Source: Mesotaenium endlicherianum
Lineage: Eukaryota
Assembly (NCBI GenBank): GCA_009602735.1
Contig: WELA01002119.1
Span: 256,143-320,142 of the forward strand
Direction of reading: 5' to 3'
DNA length: 64,000 nucleotides
The notes under the pieces are model-generated. The model saw only the letters and a program-made list of their open reading frames with translations. It was not told the origin of the DNA and searched no databases. Of this stretch, positions 1 through 21,600 are shown one piece after another (the first letter of the stretch is position 1; every line of letters begins with the position of its first letter). The position numbers were made by a program, and so were the translations under genes.

Positions 1-494
1 CCCCCCCCGGGCCCGGCACTCTTGTAATATTAGAAGAGTCAGAGGTTATCGAGTCATTATCCTTGCAGAATATGCTCTGCATGTAGCCATATCCAATGCA
101 CAACAGGCAATAATAACAATGAACGACCTCATTGCTTTCTTTTGAAGAATCATGTACAGTATGATACTCACCGCGTGCACGACAACTATGGGTGCCAAAC
201 CTGTTAGATTGTCACAAGCCCTTGCAATAGTGCTTCACAACATATGCTAGCTACAGCCCGAGTTTACAAGTGGATAATTTGTCTGTAGGTTTAGGTTAAG
301 AGATGTAATCTTTTGCTTGGATATTGAAATTCAAAACACGAAAATATCATCCCAATATTTTTCTGCTTCTCCTGCTATTGTCTGCTTGATCAAACTAAGT
401 TTGATGCTTTCATGGCAACAATACGCGCACTTTGCAACGGCCCGCCTACTACCACGAACATCACTTAATTTGCCGAATTGACTGTGCTGACTGA

Positions 495-3054
495 CTATTT
501 CCGAGCCCAGTTCGGCTTCTGGCGGTCCTTCTGATACTTGTACCACTTCCTGCTGCCTGCTTGCTTCTGCTCTTGCAGCTGATTGTACTTGCGCTTCCTG
601 CTCAATCACATCAGGCCATAAGGAGGATTCAGATAATAGCCCCCGTGGCGCACCATGTGTGTGTAATACAGCATCGTTCAATATGTCAGCGCACACAAAG
701 CAGAACATGCCGAACCTTGCACGCATGCCTCACTGCCACTTCCTCCTCTGGCTGAGTCTATGACAGCTAACGGCATAGAGGACTGCAGCCACCTGTCATG
801 TCAGAATCTTGAAGTGTTCATGACATGGAAGTTCACATACAATGATCAACGAATGAACCAAGGGTCCCATCCATGGGTTTCACGAGAGCTGTTAAAGGAA
901 GAAGAAACAAGCTGCAATGAAAACAATCACTCCCATCCGACAAGGCCCCTACTATTTTGTTGCGAGACAAGGACACCTTGGGAAAGCCAAAAGCCAGAGC
1001 CGAGATTTATGCCGTGATGCCTCCTTGACTTCTGCAATCGTCAATGCTAGCAGCAGCAGCAGCGGGGAACAACCAAGCTTTCACCCACCCCACTCCCCTC
1101 TTCCCCTGGCCCCACAAAGGTACATGCCTGACATATAGCCTGATAGCACGCGTCAGTGCCAAGTGGCAGCGCAGGAGGTTACCTGTAGTGCTTGAGGGAT
1201 TCGTCGGCCAGCAGCTCGGCAGCAAAGGAGGTCTTGCGGTCCTTCTTTGTGATCCGGCCCGAGTAGAAGTCGGCCGCTCCCTCCACCACCGTTCCCACCT
1301 GGCAACAGCAGCAGAGATCTTGTTTCCACACTTAAGCCACTCTCAACAAGAACTGAAAGGCGGAATAAGACTCTTCAACTACAAGCTTCTTCCGCATGCC
1401 ACGCACATCAGAGGCTAGATGGAGGATGAGGGGAAGCACCTGGAAGCACCCCAAGAGCAATGCAGAGGCAGCAAAGAAGCTGCACGGCAAAATGAAATTA
1501 AAAATGCCGGGGGTGGAAAGGAGAGGGGAGGTGACGGGGGGGCCACAGGTGTCTGGTTTTGTTCTTTGGGTGCTAAAAAATGCAAGCCTCTATATGAGAG
1601 GACAATGATGCTACGGGTGCGGAGAACAGGGACGGACGGCACGAAACTGGGACGGGCTCGTCAATGTGCACTATCGGATTGAAGCAGGCAATGCACTGAA
1701 ACTCGGAAGAGGGGCAGGCAGAGGAAGTACCTGGAAGTGCTTGGGGAACTTGGTGCTGTCCGGCGCCCTGTAGTGCCGCTTGGGGTCCATCACTCCCCTC
1801 AGCTGCCACATGGCATGTCGCGATCCGCACACACACGCACGCACACGCACACGCACACGCACGCACACGCACGCACACGCACGCACACGCGCACGCACGC
1901 ACGCGCGCGCACAGACAGGAAATGGGAAGGAAGGCCAATAGCAAGATCAGCAAGCGGTAGACCAGACCTGACACTCTCATCGTCACATCGCTCGCAAGAA
2001 GCCGTGGCATAGCGGGACACTGGGAGGTGCTCTCCGGAGTGAGCCAAACAAAAGGGGCCACAATGGGAGCCAGCCATCTGGAGGCCCTCCCCTTCCCAAG
2101 CAAGCGACACCTTGCAGCAACTGCGAGCTGTGCCCCCCGTATCCTCTCCACGGAAGAGGGGCCTGATGCTGCAGTCGCGCGACCAACGCCTGAAACTTGG
2201 CTGGTGCGCTCCTTTCTCCCGGTGCTCAACCTCCGCCTCGCGCAGTCGCCATGAGCGGGACCATGCAGCTAGCTACTCCTTCTCTGTCAGTAGCAGTATT
2301 GAAGGAGGAGGAGGAGAGGGGGGCGGGGGAGGGGGAGAGGGAGAGGGAAAGCGGGAGGGCGAGAGAGCAGGAGAGAGCCCCTGAGGAAGTGCTATGGTGC
2401 ACGCTCAGGCCTGACCCTCCATCTCCCACGTCCTGGCCAGGTCCCCCACATTGCGAGCTCCTAGACATGCTCTGGAGATTGGAGTGGCAGGCCTGCAGAA
2501 GCTAACGCCTTAGAGAGGGCAAAGCGGGGGCCCCGAGGAGTCAGCCCTTTAGGGCCTGACCTCTCTTCAGGCACCCCCAGTTGCCTGCGCGCGCAAGTCT
2601 TTGCGGTCGAGTGATAGCAAGCAGGAGGGCAAGGGCGGAGGAGGAGCATACCCGCAGCAGCCGCAGCTCCTGCTTGAGCTCGGGCGTGACCGCCGTGGCC
2701 GGCAGGTTGTACCTGCGGGCAATCGTCCATGCGTGGACAAGTGGCACGTGCATGTATGTGTGTCAGGCTGTTGTGGCGCGGCAGCCACGGAGGCACTGAT
2801 ACGATTGCTTGCTCCCTTTTCGGACAGATAAAATGACATATTCTTATAATATTTTAAAGGCACAACATCAGAAGGCGTCAGACGCACATACGGGCTCCTG
2901 CACTGGCCATGGCTTACTGGCAACCAATAGCGGATGATCTAAGGTTTATGTGAGGTTCCTGGGTGTCTGAGTTCCAGCTTAACAAACCACAATACAAAAA
3001 TTTAGGAAAGGGCGGCCTCTGGGTTTTGGAGACGTGACAGCTGGCAAGGGGACG

Positions 3055-3089
<35 letters not shown>

Positions 3090-4868
3090 CTCGTCCGGAG
3101 AAGGTAGAGGCGCCGTGCAAACCACCCGGGACAGCAGAGAGGGGCGGTCCAAGGGCCACTCTCGGCACTGGCCCGTGGCGGGCACCAGCGCTGCCAACCA
3201 CTCCAGAGGAACAAGCAGCCACCCTCGCAGACTTTCTTGAGGAGGCAGCACAGCACGGCATGCTCGAGGCGCGGGGAGTTCGTGAAAGGGAGTGGATGCT
3301 GGAAGAGGCGGAGAGGCAGGCGCCTCAGGATACGCATCCAGCGACAAAATGACGAGGCCAACTCGTCTTGGATCTGCTCTGCTCGAGGAATGGGAGAGGA
3401 AGGGAGGAGAGGAGGAAAGGGAGGAGTGGAGGATGTGGCGCAGGTGAATGTCTAAGGGGGACCCTGCGCCTTTTTTTGAGGGGGGGGNNNNNNNNNNNNN
3501 NNNNNNNNNNNNNNNNNNNNNNNNNNNNNNNNNNNNNNNNNNNNNNNNNNNNNNNNNNNNNNNNNNNNNNNNNNNNNNNNNNNNNNNNNNNNNNNNNNNN
3601 NNNNNNNNNNNNNNNNNNNNNNNNNNNNNNNNNNNNNNNNNNNNNNNNNNNNNNNNNNNNNNNNNNNNNNNNNNNNNNNNNNNNNNNNNNNNNNNNNNNN
3701 NNNNNNNNNNNNNNNNNNNNNNNNNNNNNNNNNNNNNNNNNNNNNNNNNNNNNNNNNNNNNNNNNNNNNNNNNNNNNNNNNNNNNNNNNNNNNNNNNNGG
3801 GGGAGAGGGAGGGTGTGTAGAGGGGAGGGGAAGAGAAGGAGACAGGTGTCACCATTGAGGGCCAGCCGTCTGGGGGGCCAGCTTGCGCGCTTCGCGAGCC
3901 TCCTTCTTGGGGTCCCTGGGCGGCGCCAGCAGCTGCTGCTCCAGCTGGGGCTCCAGGGCGGGCGGCGCCGCCCGCCCCTCCGCCGCCCTTCCCCGTCGAC
4001 CCTGCCCCCTCCTCCCCTGGCTGCTGCCAGCCTCTGCAACTTCGTCCAACGGGAAGCCGGTGGTGGGTGCCCACGTGATGCCACCTGTCCTCTCCAGTTC
4101 AGCCTCCAGCAGCCTGCCAAGTGCCGGCCGAGAAGGTGTAGCAGCAACAACCCAGGAAACAGGAAAGACACCTGTCAGTGCCCCGTGGCAAAAGAGCTGC
4201 ACACTCCCCTGGCCTTTCCCCTCACTAACGGCATGGCTCTTGCTCTGGCACTGGCTCCGGCCACTCCCCAGCTGCCAGGTGGCCCATTGTAGCCACGGCT
4301 CTGACGGACCTACTACCAGGTGGTCCATCGCTAACGCGAGCAGCCGAGAACATGGAGTGCAGGCCCATTCCATCCCACCCCATCACGTCTCCCCCTCCTG
4401 TTGGCCATGTCACACCCCACCAAGCTCACGCTCTCACACACAGAGGCAGGCACGCTCGCTCAACCAGCAGCAGCAGCAGCAGCAGCAGCAGTAGCCCGCC
4501 TGCTCTGCCAAATTCTCACGCCGTCAAAAGTTTCAGACCACCCACTGTCCCTTGCCGCTCTGGCACTTTTTTAAATGGAACAAGTGCGTTCAGCTGCGGG
4601 TGCTCGAGCAGGGGGGCAGGCAGGCAGGCAGGCAGGCGCAGGTGCTCGCTGCCAGTAGCGGCAAGATGCACAAGGAATATGTATGTACCTTGGCACATAT
4701 GCGCACGCGTAGGCACACATGCACACACTGACATCAGAATCTGAAGAGAGGCGCATTTCACATCTTATGGACACATGTAAATATGCATGCTATACCAAAA
4801 CGCTGCAGGCCAGAAGCTGGCCCCTGGCGGTGCGTACTTGTCGCTGAGAGGTGCCGCCCAACTGCACT

Positions 4869-4909
<41 letters not shown>

Positions 4910-5976
4910 CAGCATATGCCCCAACGAGACTCTCGGGCAGCTCGGGGAGCTCCCTTGTCCGAGGAAGCACCAAGTTTGGACACCGGGCACCAGGCACCAG
5001 GCACGGGAGTTGGGACTCGTGTAACGAGCGGCCAGATGCTCACCTCCTGTCGGGGTCGTGGTCGTCCAACAGCACAAAGCCGTTGGCATCGGCGGCCCTC
5101 TCATTGCTGCCCCTGCTGGCGCCATCTGGCGCCTCTGCCTCCTCCTCTGCTGGACCGCTCGCAAGAGACGCCCTGCATTTACACTAGTGTAGCAGGTGTC
5201 AGCCTTTTGATGGCTCAGGCTCGTCATCATCATCATCATTCGCATGAGCAAGAGGATGGTGCCCTTGGTCTCTGCCATCGTTCCTTTTGCGCCCCCCTTT
5301 TTTAAATCTTGCTTCCTCTCCTTCCTCACCCAGTTGTCGGCACGGAGGGGCAGGAACTGATCAGTGGAGATAGCACGGTGAAGGAAACGCGCAAGCTTCT
5401 GGCCTTCCCACGGATCTGTCTCTACAGATGTAAGCAGGGCTTAGGAAGGACACACATCTTGCACACATCTTAAAGAAAGCTCTCAGAAAGCCAGTCCATG
5501 GCTCGAGCCCCAACTCTTAAGCTGCACTCTCGAAGAGCAGGTTGACTGTTTCGGGGCTTCCTGATATTGGTATATGCCCGAAGCACTTTCAATGTACTTT
5601 TTGACCCTCAGCCCACGTTCAACTGGTTGCAAAGTGCTCGTAAGCAAGCAATTGCTTGTGCAAATCAGCAGAAGCGTCGTGGTTTTTAAGTTCAGCGTTC
5701 CCCCTTTAAAGGCGAGTGTGCATCATCAAGTGTGAGTGAGACCTGAACGGAGCCAACAAATTTTATTTGGCAAGGCGGGGTCTCAACGTCATGCAGCGGC
5801 ATCCTTGCAAATGCTGGAATGACAATAGGGAAAGCTTACTCTTCAACAGATCCCGCAAGTCGTTCGTGAAAGGCCTGTAGTAGAGTCTCGAGGAGAGCGT
5901 CCTCGTCTTCGTCTTCCTCGTTCTCGTCATCGACGTCATGAGCTGTTTGTCTTAGTGCAGAACCCCTTGTCTGCAT
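495..5976 (-). CDS. FCF2: Fcf2-domain (DNTTIP2-like) pre-rRNA processing protein, ~7 exons
   Basis: Phase-consistent GT-AG exons 5976-5840, 5172-5044 (less certain), 4113-3853, 2712-2652, 1802-1731, 1298-1183, 597-495 give TAGPQWYNLPATAVTPELKQELRLLRLRGVMDPKRHYRAPDSTKFPKHFQVGTVVEGAADFYSGRITKKDRKTSFAAELLADESLKHYRKRKYNQLQ, the Fcf2 signature. Start may instead be the upstream ATG at 6102. Confidence 0.88.
1827..1910. repeat. (CACACG)n/(CACG)n microsatellite in FCF2 intron
   Basis: Visible tandem hexamer/tetramer array. Confidence 0.95.
3056..3088. repeat. (CA)n microsatellite, intronic
   Basis: Perfect CA run. Confidence 0.95.
4465..4491. repeat. (CAG)n microsatellite, intronic
   Basis: Perfect CAG run. 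Confidence 0.9.
4873..4907. repeat. (CA)n microsatellite, intronic
   Basis: Perfect CA run. Confidence 0.95.
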
Positions 5977-6109
5977 AGCGCGTGTTCTCCTCACTTCTGG
6001 TTCTTTTGGTCCAGCATGTTCGTTTAGATTTCCACCTTCCGAGTATTTACCGACAATCACTTTACTTCCGGCCCCATCAGCTAGAGCTTTACGAAAAACC
6101 ATCTCCACA

Positions 6110-6845
6110 GAACCAGTATACTTCCCAACACTTAAGAGTGCAAGTTTACAATAGTCCTATATCGCTAGTCCTGTCTGCATACAGCATGCATCACGTACAG
6201 CGAACGTACACGCCCACCCTTCTTCCTGCAAACAACGCCCGGAGTAACGTTGTAGGGGACACTCTAGCTTGCCTGCATAAGTTTCCGCAGTAGTAATTTC
6301 GCACTGCTGCATATGAGATGAGAGTTTTAGCACGGCTTCGAAACAGGAAAAAAGGTCCCTGGGGGAAAATGGAGGGCGGGCGAGTGAGGAGGTTCTGCCC
6401 CGGGTAGACATGGCGTCGCGTTGCCAAGAGCGGTGATAGCGTTTTCAAACGTTACAGAAAAGTGGCAAAGTCTGAAGTCCGACACAAGCACATCTGCTGC
6501 ACGACATGCAGTGCACACGCACTTTCACGTTTATGGAGCGACACCAAGAGCTGGATTTCTGTTCATTATCCGGCCTCTTTTTACGAGTTTCTATTCGCAT
6601 CACTTGGGCTCACTTGTAACTCCAAGAACTTCTAGAAGCGTTACACTCCTGCGTAGTTGTAGGCAGTGCGTCGTGTTAGAGTGCTTTGGTTTATTCCTTA
6701 AGAAATTTGTGGTGGGCAATAAGTGGTGCAAGCTACCTTTTGTGTCCCTTTGCAACGCTGTTTCATATTTCGACTCACAGAAAACATACACGTAGACCTT
6801 CATCGAAGAAGTTGATCGTCATTCCAACTGCTAACCTCTTCAGGC
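6110..6845. promoter_or_regulatory. Probable bidirectional promoter/5'UTRs shared by FCF2 and DDX41
   Basis: Divergent start codons less than 0.9 kb apart; position only, no TSS data. Confidence 0.55.
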
Positions 6846-13353
<6,508 letters not shown>

Positions 13354-14992
13354 TTTCATCTACTGGGCATCTACTGGGCTAGGGGGTTTCGGTTAGGTTA
13401 TGTTAATACGGGGAGAGCTGCACAGAATTTGCAGCTGTTGTAAAGTAGCTGTAGCTCATGTCATATGTATGCGATTGTCTTTAGGTGCTAGTTCTTGGAG
13501 TGCGGAATTTGGCGTCACAACTTCATGCCACGCTGCATCTGTCATATGGTGCGGTGCGGACACTCACTTTTGAGGTAGGTTATGTTGGAATCATTTCTTT
13601 TTAGGACCTTGACCACATGGTGCAGCCAAGGGCTTAGAATGAGGCTAGTGGATAAGTAGGGAGCTTAGCCACATGGTAGATTGTTCATACCCAAGGTAAA
13701 GTTTGTATTTCCACTGATGCTCGTTACTTATTGCATACGTGTGCTCATGATATTGAGGCTTGACCTCAATATGCTCAAGTATGAGAGTGAGTGCCAAGCA
13801 TGAAGATATTGGAAATAATGTTGTCCTCATTTGGTCTTGGTCTTGCAATCCAATGATTTAAGTCACGCTGGCAGTGAAAGCCAACACTTTGTGATGCCTC
13901 ACGTTCGTTATCATCCAAGAAAATGCTTTCAACATTTGAACTTCACAAGATGTGTGAGTGAGCTAGGCACTCTTGGAAACAAGCAAGGCGGTTGGTCAAT
14001 AGAGTCATTTATTCTGCAATGCTTCATCATCTCATATTACATCTCATAACATGTTTCGCAAATGGGTGACTGTGGTCTCATTCTGGAAGCTTAAGTAGCC
14101 ATCTTTGGGCATAAACTTGTTAAGGATAACCATTATCCTCCAAAGAAATTCCTCGGTCTCTATCGACTTCACGAAGTGGCTCTGTACGACAGCTTAAGAG
14201 CATGGAGTCTAAACATTGAGCGACATCGTTGATACACGACGTTGACAACATTGACGGCGGAGTCACGACGCGACCGCATTGCATAGCGACTCAAGCAGAC
14301 TTGAGCGCGTTTGTAGGTAAGCTGCTGCATGCGTTTTAAGCGAGGCTGTGACTTGTCGGGCCAGTATTGTAGGTGTATATATTCTTTATATCCGAGGTCG
14401 TATTGTATTGTTCGGCATGTGCGGGCATGAGAAGCAGCGCGATGCTCCATGCATAGTATTGCGGTCATGCTGTACCATGTGCAGGCTCACGTTGCTAAAT
14501 TCTTAAGCTTGTCATCCCGGAAGTATCCAGCCTGGAAAGGGACGGCTTACACCATCTTGTGCCGTCGATAGATAGATAAGAACTTATTGCTCGCTTGTGT
14601 CCACGCGATGAACGAGTTGAATGTGGGGAACAGTGGGGAATGTAGGGAGTCTCTTTCACAGTCGGAGAAAGTCTACAAAACATCGCAACTTTGTCGACGG
14701 TCATTTCAAAAGTACCGGAACTGCCCACAAAAAGGGGGCCGAAAGTATGTGAAGTTTGTTCCGCTTCTCGTCCGGCACGACCAGCCACGACACCCTTACG
14801 CGATCCTTCCGTGCGAGGTGAGCTACATCTTGTAACTCACGTCTTTCTCCTCATACGGGAAACTCCATAGCCAAGTAGAAGGGGAAGGACAAGGCCCGTC
14901 TTCCTTGAGGTTTTGACGGACTATTAGTTCTTGCCAAGTAGATACGCGATAGCGGTAAGAATTTGGTTGAAGGATTCTTCCCTCTTGTTCCA

Positions 14993-16519
<1,527 letters not shown>

Positions 16520-18639
16520 AGATACGCAGTGACTTCGACACCAGGATTCTACCTTTGTTTGGAGTCTTTGCTCAAAGCATAGGTTCATAAACGTAGGGCT
16601 AGTATTGCTCCTGCGGCACTGCTTGCAAGTGCCTGTGTAGTATAGTATTCCTTGTATAGGAGGCACGTTACCAAACTATTCAGGAGACTATTTGGACTGG
16701 CAAAAAGGTTCTGGTCAGTTTTTAGATTAGGTTGGCTGTTCAGGTTTGTACATATTTGTTGGTAGAATACATGTGGACAATGTAAGGTTTGGGGGGCTTG
16801 ACAGGATAAGTAATCTTCTGTACATTGAATTTAGACACACGAATCATCCTCAGCTTTTTGTCCAGCTCCAAAAGATTCATATTCCTAAAAAGTGGTTCAG
16901 TTCACTACTTTAATTGGGAGCTGCTGATAAGGCTGTGAAGGACATTCTACTCTACTGCTCCAGTTGATAAGATTGTTGCAAGCTACTTCCAAATTCAAGA
17001 TGAGTGAAGCTGGTACGTGCATGCTGTGTGATTGGGTGGCCCAAAACAAAGTGTTGAATATCCAATTTTTGCACTCTGTATGAACATGATGTAAATACTC
17101 TCTGTGCATTGTTGAAGGAGATTGCATGTTTGGGATTCAGTGCAACGAAGTCAGTGAAAATCGAAGTTTCTTGTTATCTTTCCAGTCTGAGAAGGTGTGA
17201 GCGGTTTGCATTTGCAAAAAAGAGGCCGGCTAATTATAGGACAAGGGACAACTGTTGATTGAAGCTTGTTTTGTTAGTTCTTGGGATCTGGATTTTGTCC
17301 AAGTGAAGTTCTTTTTTTACGAGTGCGTCTCTGCCATTCTCATGTGTCTCTGTTGGTCTCTGAGATAGTCCACTTGGGGTCACTTTACAGTGGCCAAAGC
17401 AACAGAACTATTAACCTCCAATGCCAGATCAAATAAGTAGATTGTTCCAGGCTGATATACAAAAGCTAATTGCAAACAACAAAGGGAATGATGGATTTCA
17501 GTTTTCATTAAATAACAAACAATATATGCCATATACATACTGACAACAAGTAATGTAATCATGTGATGCAAGGACTCATAAGGACTACATTTGGGGTCCA
17601 AAACGCCATTGCAAGACTATAAGTCTGCTGCAATTTGTTGCGCATTTCTCTTTGAAATGACGTGCCACTGTGATGTGTGGGCCCAAGGATACAATTTATA
17701 AGCAAAAACTTTGGTTTGGTTTTGCAAGATGTATATGTGCTTTCTTTCAAGCGCACAAAGCTGGTTGTGTTCTTTGCAAAACAAAACAAAACAATGAATT
17801 TTGAATTGCAGAGTGTCGAAAATAAATTTTGCCTGTAGTACTACTCTGACCAAATTAGTTCAGATTTCAAACGAGTATTCTGTGATGGAAGCCACCTGGT
17901 ATTGATCCAGACATGACGATGCAATAACATATTCATCATCACCAAGATAATTGCCTGCATGCCCTCAACAAGTTTGATTGAGATATAATCAAGTAGGCCT
18001 CGAATTCTCATTGATCTTCCCAGAGTGAACAATGCCTTATGTGTTGGAGCCTTTTTGTCACATTGCCTTGTGGCCCAATTGTATTCAGGGTTTAACCCAA
18101 ATACTGGCCCTTATACTTGAGGACCATACACATTCCATTAGTTGCACCAAAATAACCCCTTCTTAGCCTACTGGAAGGTACTCCAGAAAGTTTCGCTAGC
18201 TGCAGGCTGACAAGTCGCAACTGGAGTGCCATCATTAGTGCTCAATAGCAAGTGTGGGTCCGGGCAAACAAGACCAGGGGCTGAACAACCAAATGCCTGG
18301 AAGAGAGCGAGGTAGGAATGTCTCGGCCAGAGGAGAAGCAGATAAAGTGCAAAATTAGGACACTTATTTAGTAAATTTAGCACTCTGCAGCAGCGTGGGG
18401 CTGAGCTCCGAAGACCCACGCGATTTATTAGGTGGGCAACAAGGGTAGAGCAGCCGCTCTGTGCTCCATAAGTGACTGGAGGATGATCGGGACATTAAAG
18501 CTGCGGGCGGCATAAGAGGTGGCATGGCAAGGAAGTGACACCTGCAGCATTCGGGACAAATGCTGGAATGCTCCCGCAGGAGCAATAGGTGGCACCCCTC
18601 CTGCCTGGGTGTTGCGCTGCAGCTGCAAGTCGGAGCTGT

Positions 18640-21600
18640 GCACCTGCCGCAGGAGCAGCACCAGCTGCAGTTGCAACTGCCCAATCTGCTGCTGCTGCTG
18701 CCAGGGGTAATGGCTGCCGCATCAGCTGCTGGACTTGCTTGGGCTGCCTTAACTGCTGCTAGAATTGCTGTTGCATCTGCTTCTAAGGCAAGTCCATATA
18801 TTCACCAAGAGGAGTGGTGCCACTGTTCCCCTGGGTGCTTACCTGACCTGCTGCTGTGTGCAGGTGGCGCACAACTGGTGACAACTGCTGCTGCTGCTGC
18901 TGCGCACTCTGCATCCCCCACGACGGCGATGCCCCCTCGTTGAGTCCTTCCACCAGTGCTGCTTTGCCTGCCGCTGCCGGCTGGTGGCAGCGGACGTAAT
19001 CGAAGCCCCCGGTGGTGTGCTGCTGGGGGCTGCCACTACTGGATGTTCTGTCCCTAGAGCCACCAGCTGTGTGCAATGCCTGGTGCTGCCACCAAAATCT
19101 GCAGCAGCCCCAGAAGTGTAGGAGCAGCACCAGGCCTGGGGGAGCATGGTGGCGGGGAGGGTACGTAGAGCAGGACATGCTGCTGGTGCTCCCGGCTGCA
19201 CGGACGTGACTGCAACTTCAACCATAGCCGCAGCAAGGAAAGGTGGAGGGGCAGCCGTTGCCACGAGATTAGCTGGGGACCCTGCCTCCTTCACTGCCAA
19301 CTTCTCCCCTAAACAGCTACCAGGCTGACGGTGCCATGTCCCGCAGGACCCCGGCACGCGCTGGAGCCACAGATGCCGGCCAGCCTGCCCGCCAGCAGCA
19401 TAGCTACGCCCTGTGCCACACACACGCGCACGAGGAAGGTGGACATGAGTTCAGGCAAGCGCGAGTGTCAAAATAGCACCAGACAGGCACTCTCGCACGT
19501 ATACAAGCATCGCTCGGGAGCATCGGTGTGGGACAGGGAGGGGGGGGGAGGGAGGAAGGAACGGAAGGAGGTAGCCGCACTGCCACCCCCTAGCCAAGTG
19601 GCAGACAAGGCCCACTCCACGTCACTAAGCAGGCCCTGCTACAACCGCTGCTGCTGCTCCTGACAAGTCACAACAGGACCCACGAAGAAGTCACGTACCT
19701 CTCCGTCCATGCAGACGCGGGGGATACAAGGAAACACGGGCAGGGCTAGCGAAGGAGAAGGGACCCCCGCGGGGGAAAAGGGGGGCGACGGCAGGCGTAC
19801 CCTCAAGCTCCATCGGCTGCAGAGCCGGCAAGACACGACAGCAGCGACACCAGCACCGCAAGAGAGCTGGAAGCTGCAGGGCCAGAGACCACTCTCTGCT
19901 GAATCCCCGCTGAGGATGTGACCTGCCCTCCTGCCCACGGCCCAGACGGCGCTCCTGCAGTTTGGCTGCGCTGCTGCAGCTGCTGGTGGTGCTGCTGGTA
20001 CTCCTGCTCCACGCCTGGGAAGAAGTACAGAGGTGGCGCCCCGCTGACAGGTGTCACCATGCAGGCGTGCTGCTGCTGCTGCAACCCCTGAAAGTGCACC
20101 TGTTGCAGCAGTCATTGCTGCTGCAGCGGCACTAGCTGCTGCTGCGCCTGCTGCAGTGGCCGCTTTCGTTTCAGGGAGCTGCCTCCGCTCGCCCCATCCC
20201 TCGAGAGGGAGGGGCCCATGGGAGTGCTCTCCTGACCTGCTGCAGCAGCGCCCACATGCGCGCCGGGCGGCATACGAGCAGGCTGCACGACCGGCGGCAC
20301 ATACGTGCTCTGCTGCTGCTGTGCAAGGGGGGGGCGCATCCCCCCGAAAACTGACGCCGCCGCCTGGCCCTTGCTTGCTGCCACTACCAACTTATTCAGG
20401 AACGCCTGCCACCGCTGGCTGGCGGCATATGCAGCGGAAGGGACACCGCTAGGATCGACCTCCGCCGCCGCCCTTACTGAGGTTACGTGCTGCATCGTGC
20501 TTGCTGCAGCAGCAGGAGCGGAAGCAGGAGCAGCAGCAGCGGGAGCCCCCTGGGCAATGCGGAACGACGCTGCCGCCGCTACCTCTGCCCCTAAGACTGC
20601 CTGCTGCGTCGTGCTTGCAGCCGCAGCAGCAGCAGCAGCAGGCCAGGGATGAGCACGCTAGAGGGCGAGGGCCCGCGGGCGTGGGGGGTCCCTCCCGCTC
20701 GGAGAGGAGGAGGAGGCGGAGAGCCATCCCGGCTGCTCGCTCGGCCGCCGCGCAATACCTGCCCCAGCAGCGGCAGTAGGGGCGGTGAGGGGGAGTCTGA
20801 GGAGCGGCCCATGCGGGGCTTCGGAACGACCGCCAGCCCCTGCTGCCGGGGCACTTGGATAAAAAGGGGGGAAAGCGCGATCGGCCATGCTGGCCTCGAG
20901 CTCCAGTCTGCTCAGCTCCACATCTGACACTGCTGGACTATCCTGCTGCATGCCACCTGTCAGCTCGCCAGGGAGGCTCTGCTGCCCTGCCTGTCCTGCC
21001 CCTCCTCTTCCTCCGTCCTGCCCACCCCCAACCTGCTCCTCTTTCCCGTCCTCGCCGCTTTCCAGCTCGATGACAGCTGGCAATTCCCAAGCCGCGCGCA
21101 CTGGCATTGCTGCCCCCGCAGAAGGCCCTGCCGGCACCCCCCCCGCCACCTCCTCCACCACCGGCTCCCACTCCCCGCTGGGCTTCATCCGCACCTTCGT
21201 CACCCCCGGGTCGCCCCTGGCTTGCTCCAGCACCTGCCCACCAGAGGAGGAGGCTGCAGCTGCCTCAGCTCCCACACAAGCAACGGCCCCACATGCTGCG
21301 CCTGCCAGTGCCTGTCATCTGCAGCAGAGACACTGCACGTGTGTGGAGGAAGAGACGAGCATCCCCCCCTCCCTACGTCGCCCGGGAGCAGTCCTCACAG
21401 CTGGAAGAGGAACGAGTCCGCTCCGGACGCAGCAGCGGGCAACCAGGGCGGCGGGATAGCAAGTTGACCGACGACGGCATGGGCGCACGACAGGCGCTCG
21501 TGGGAGGAGGAGGGGTGAGATTGACGCACCGCGAGAAAGCTGTTGTCGAGGCGGAGGTCTCCCGGCGACAGGAGATCACCGCAACAGGGGCAGCGCCACA

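Noticed and set aside
14200..14990. TGACG motifs upstream of ATG8
   Set aside because: Only a couple of copies, compatible with chance
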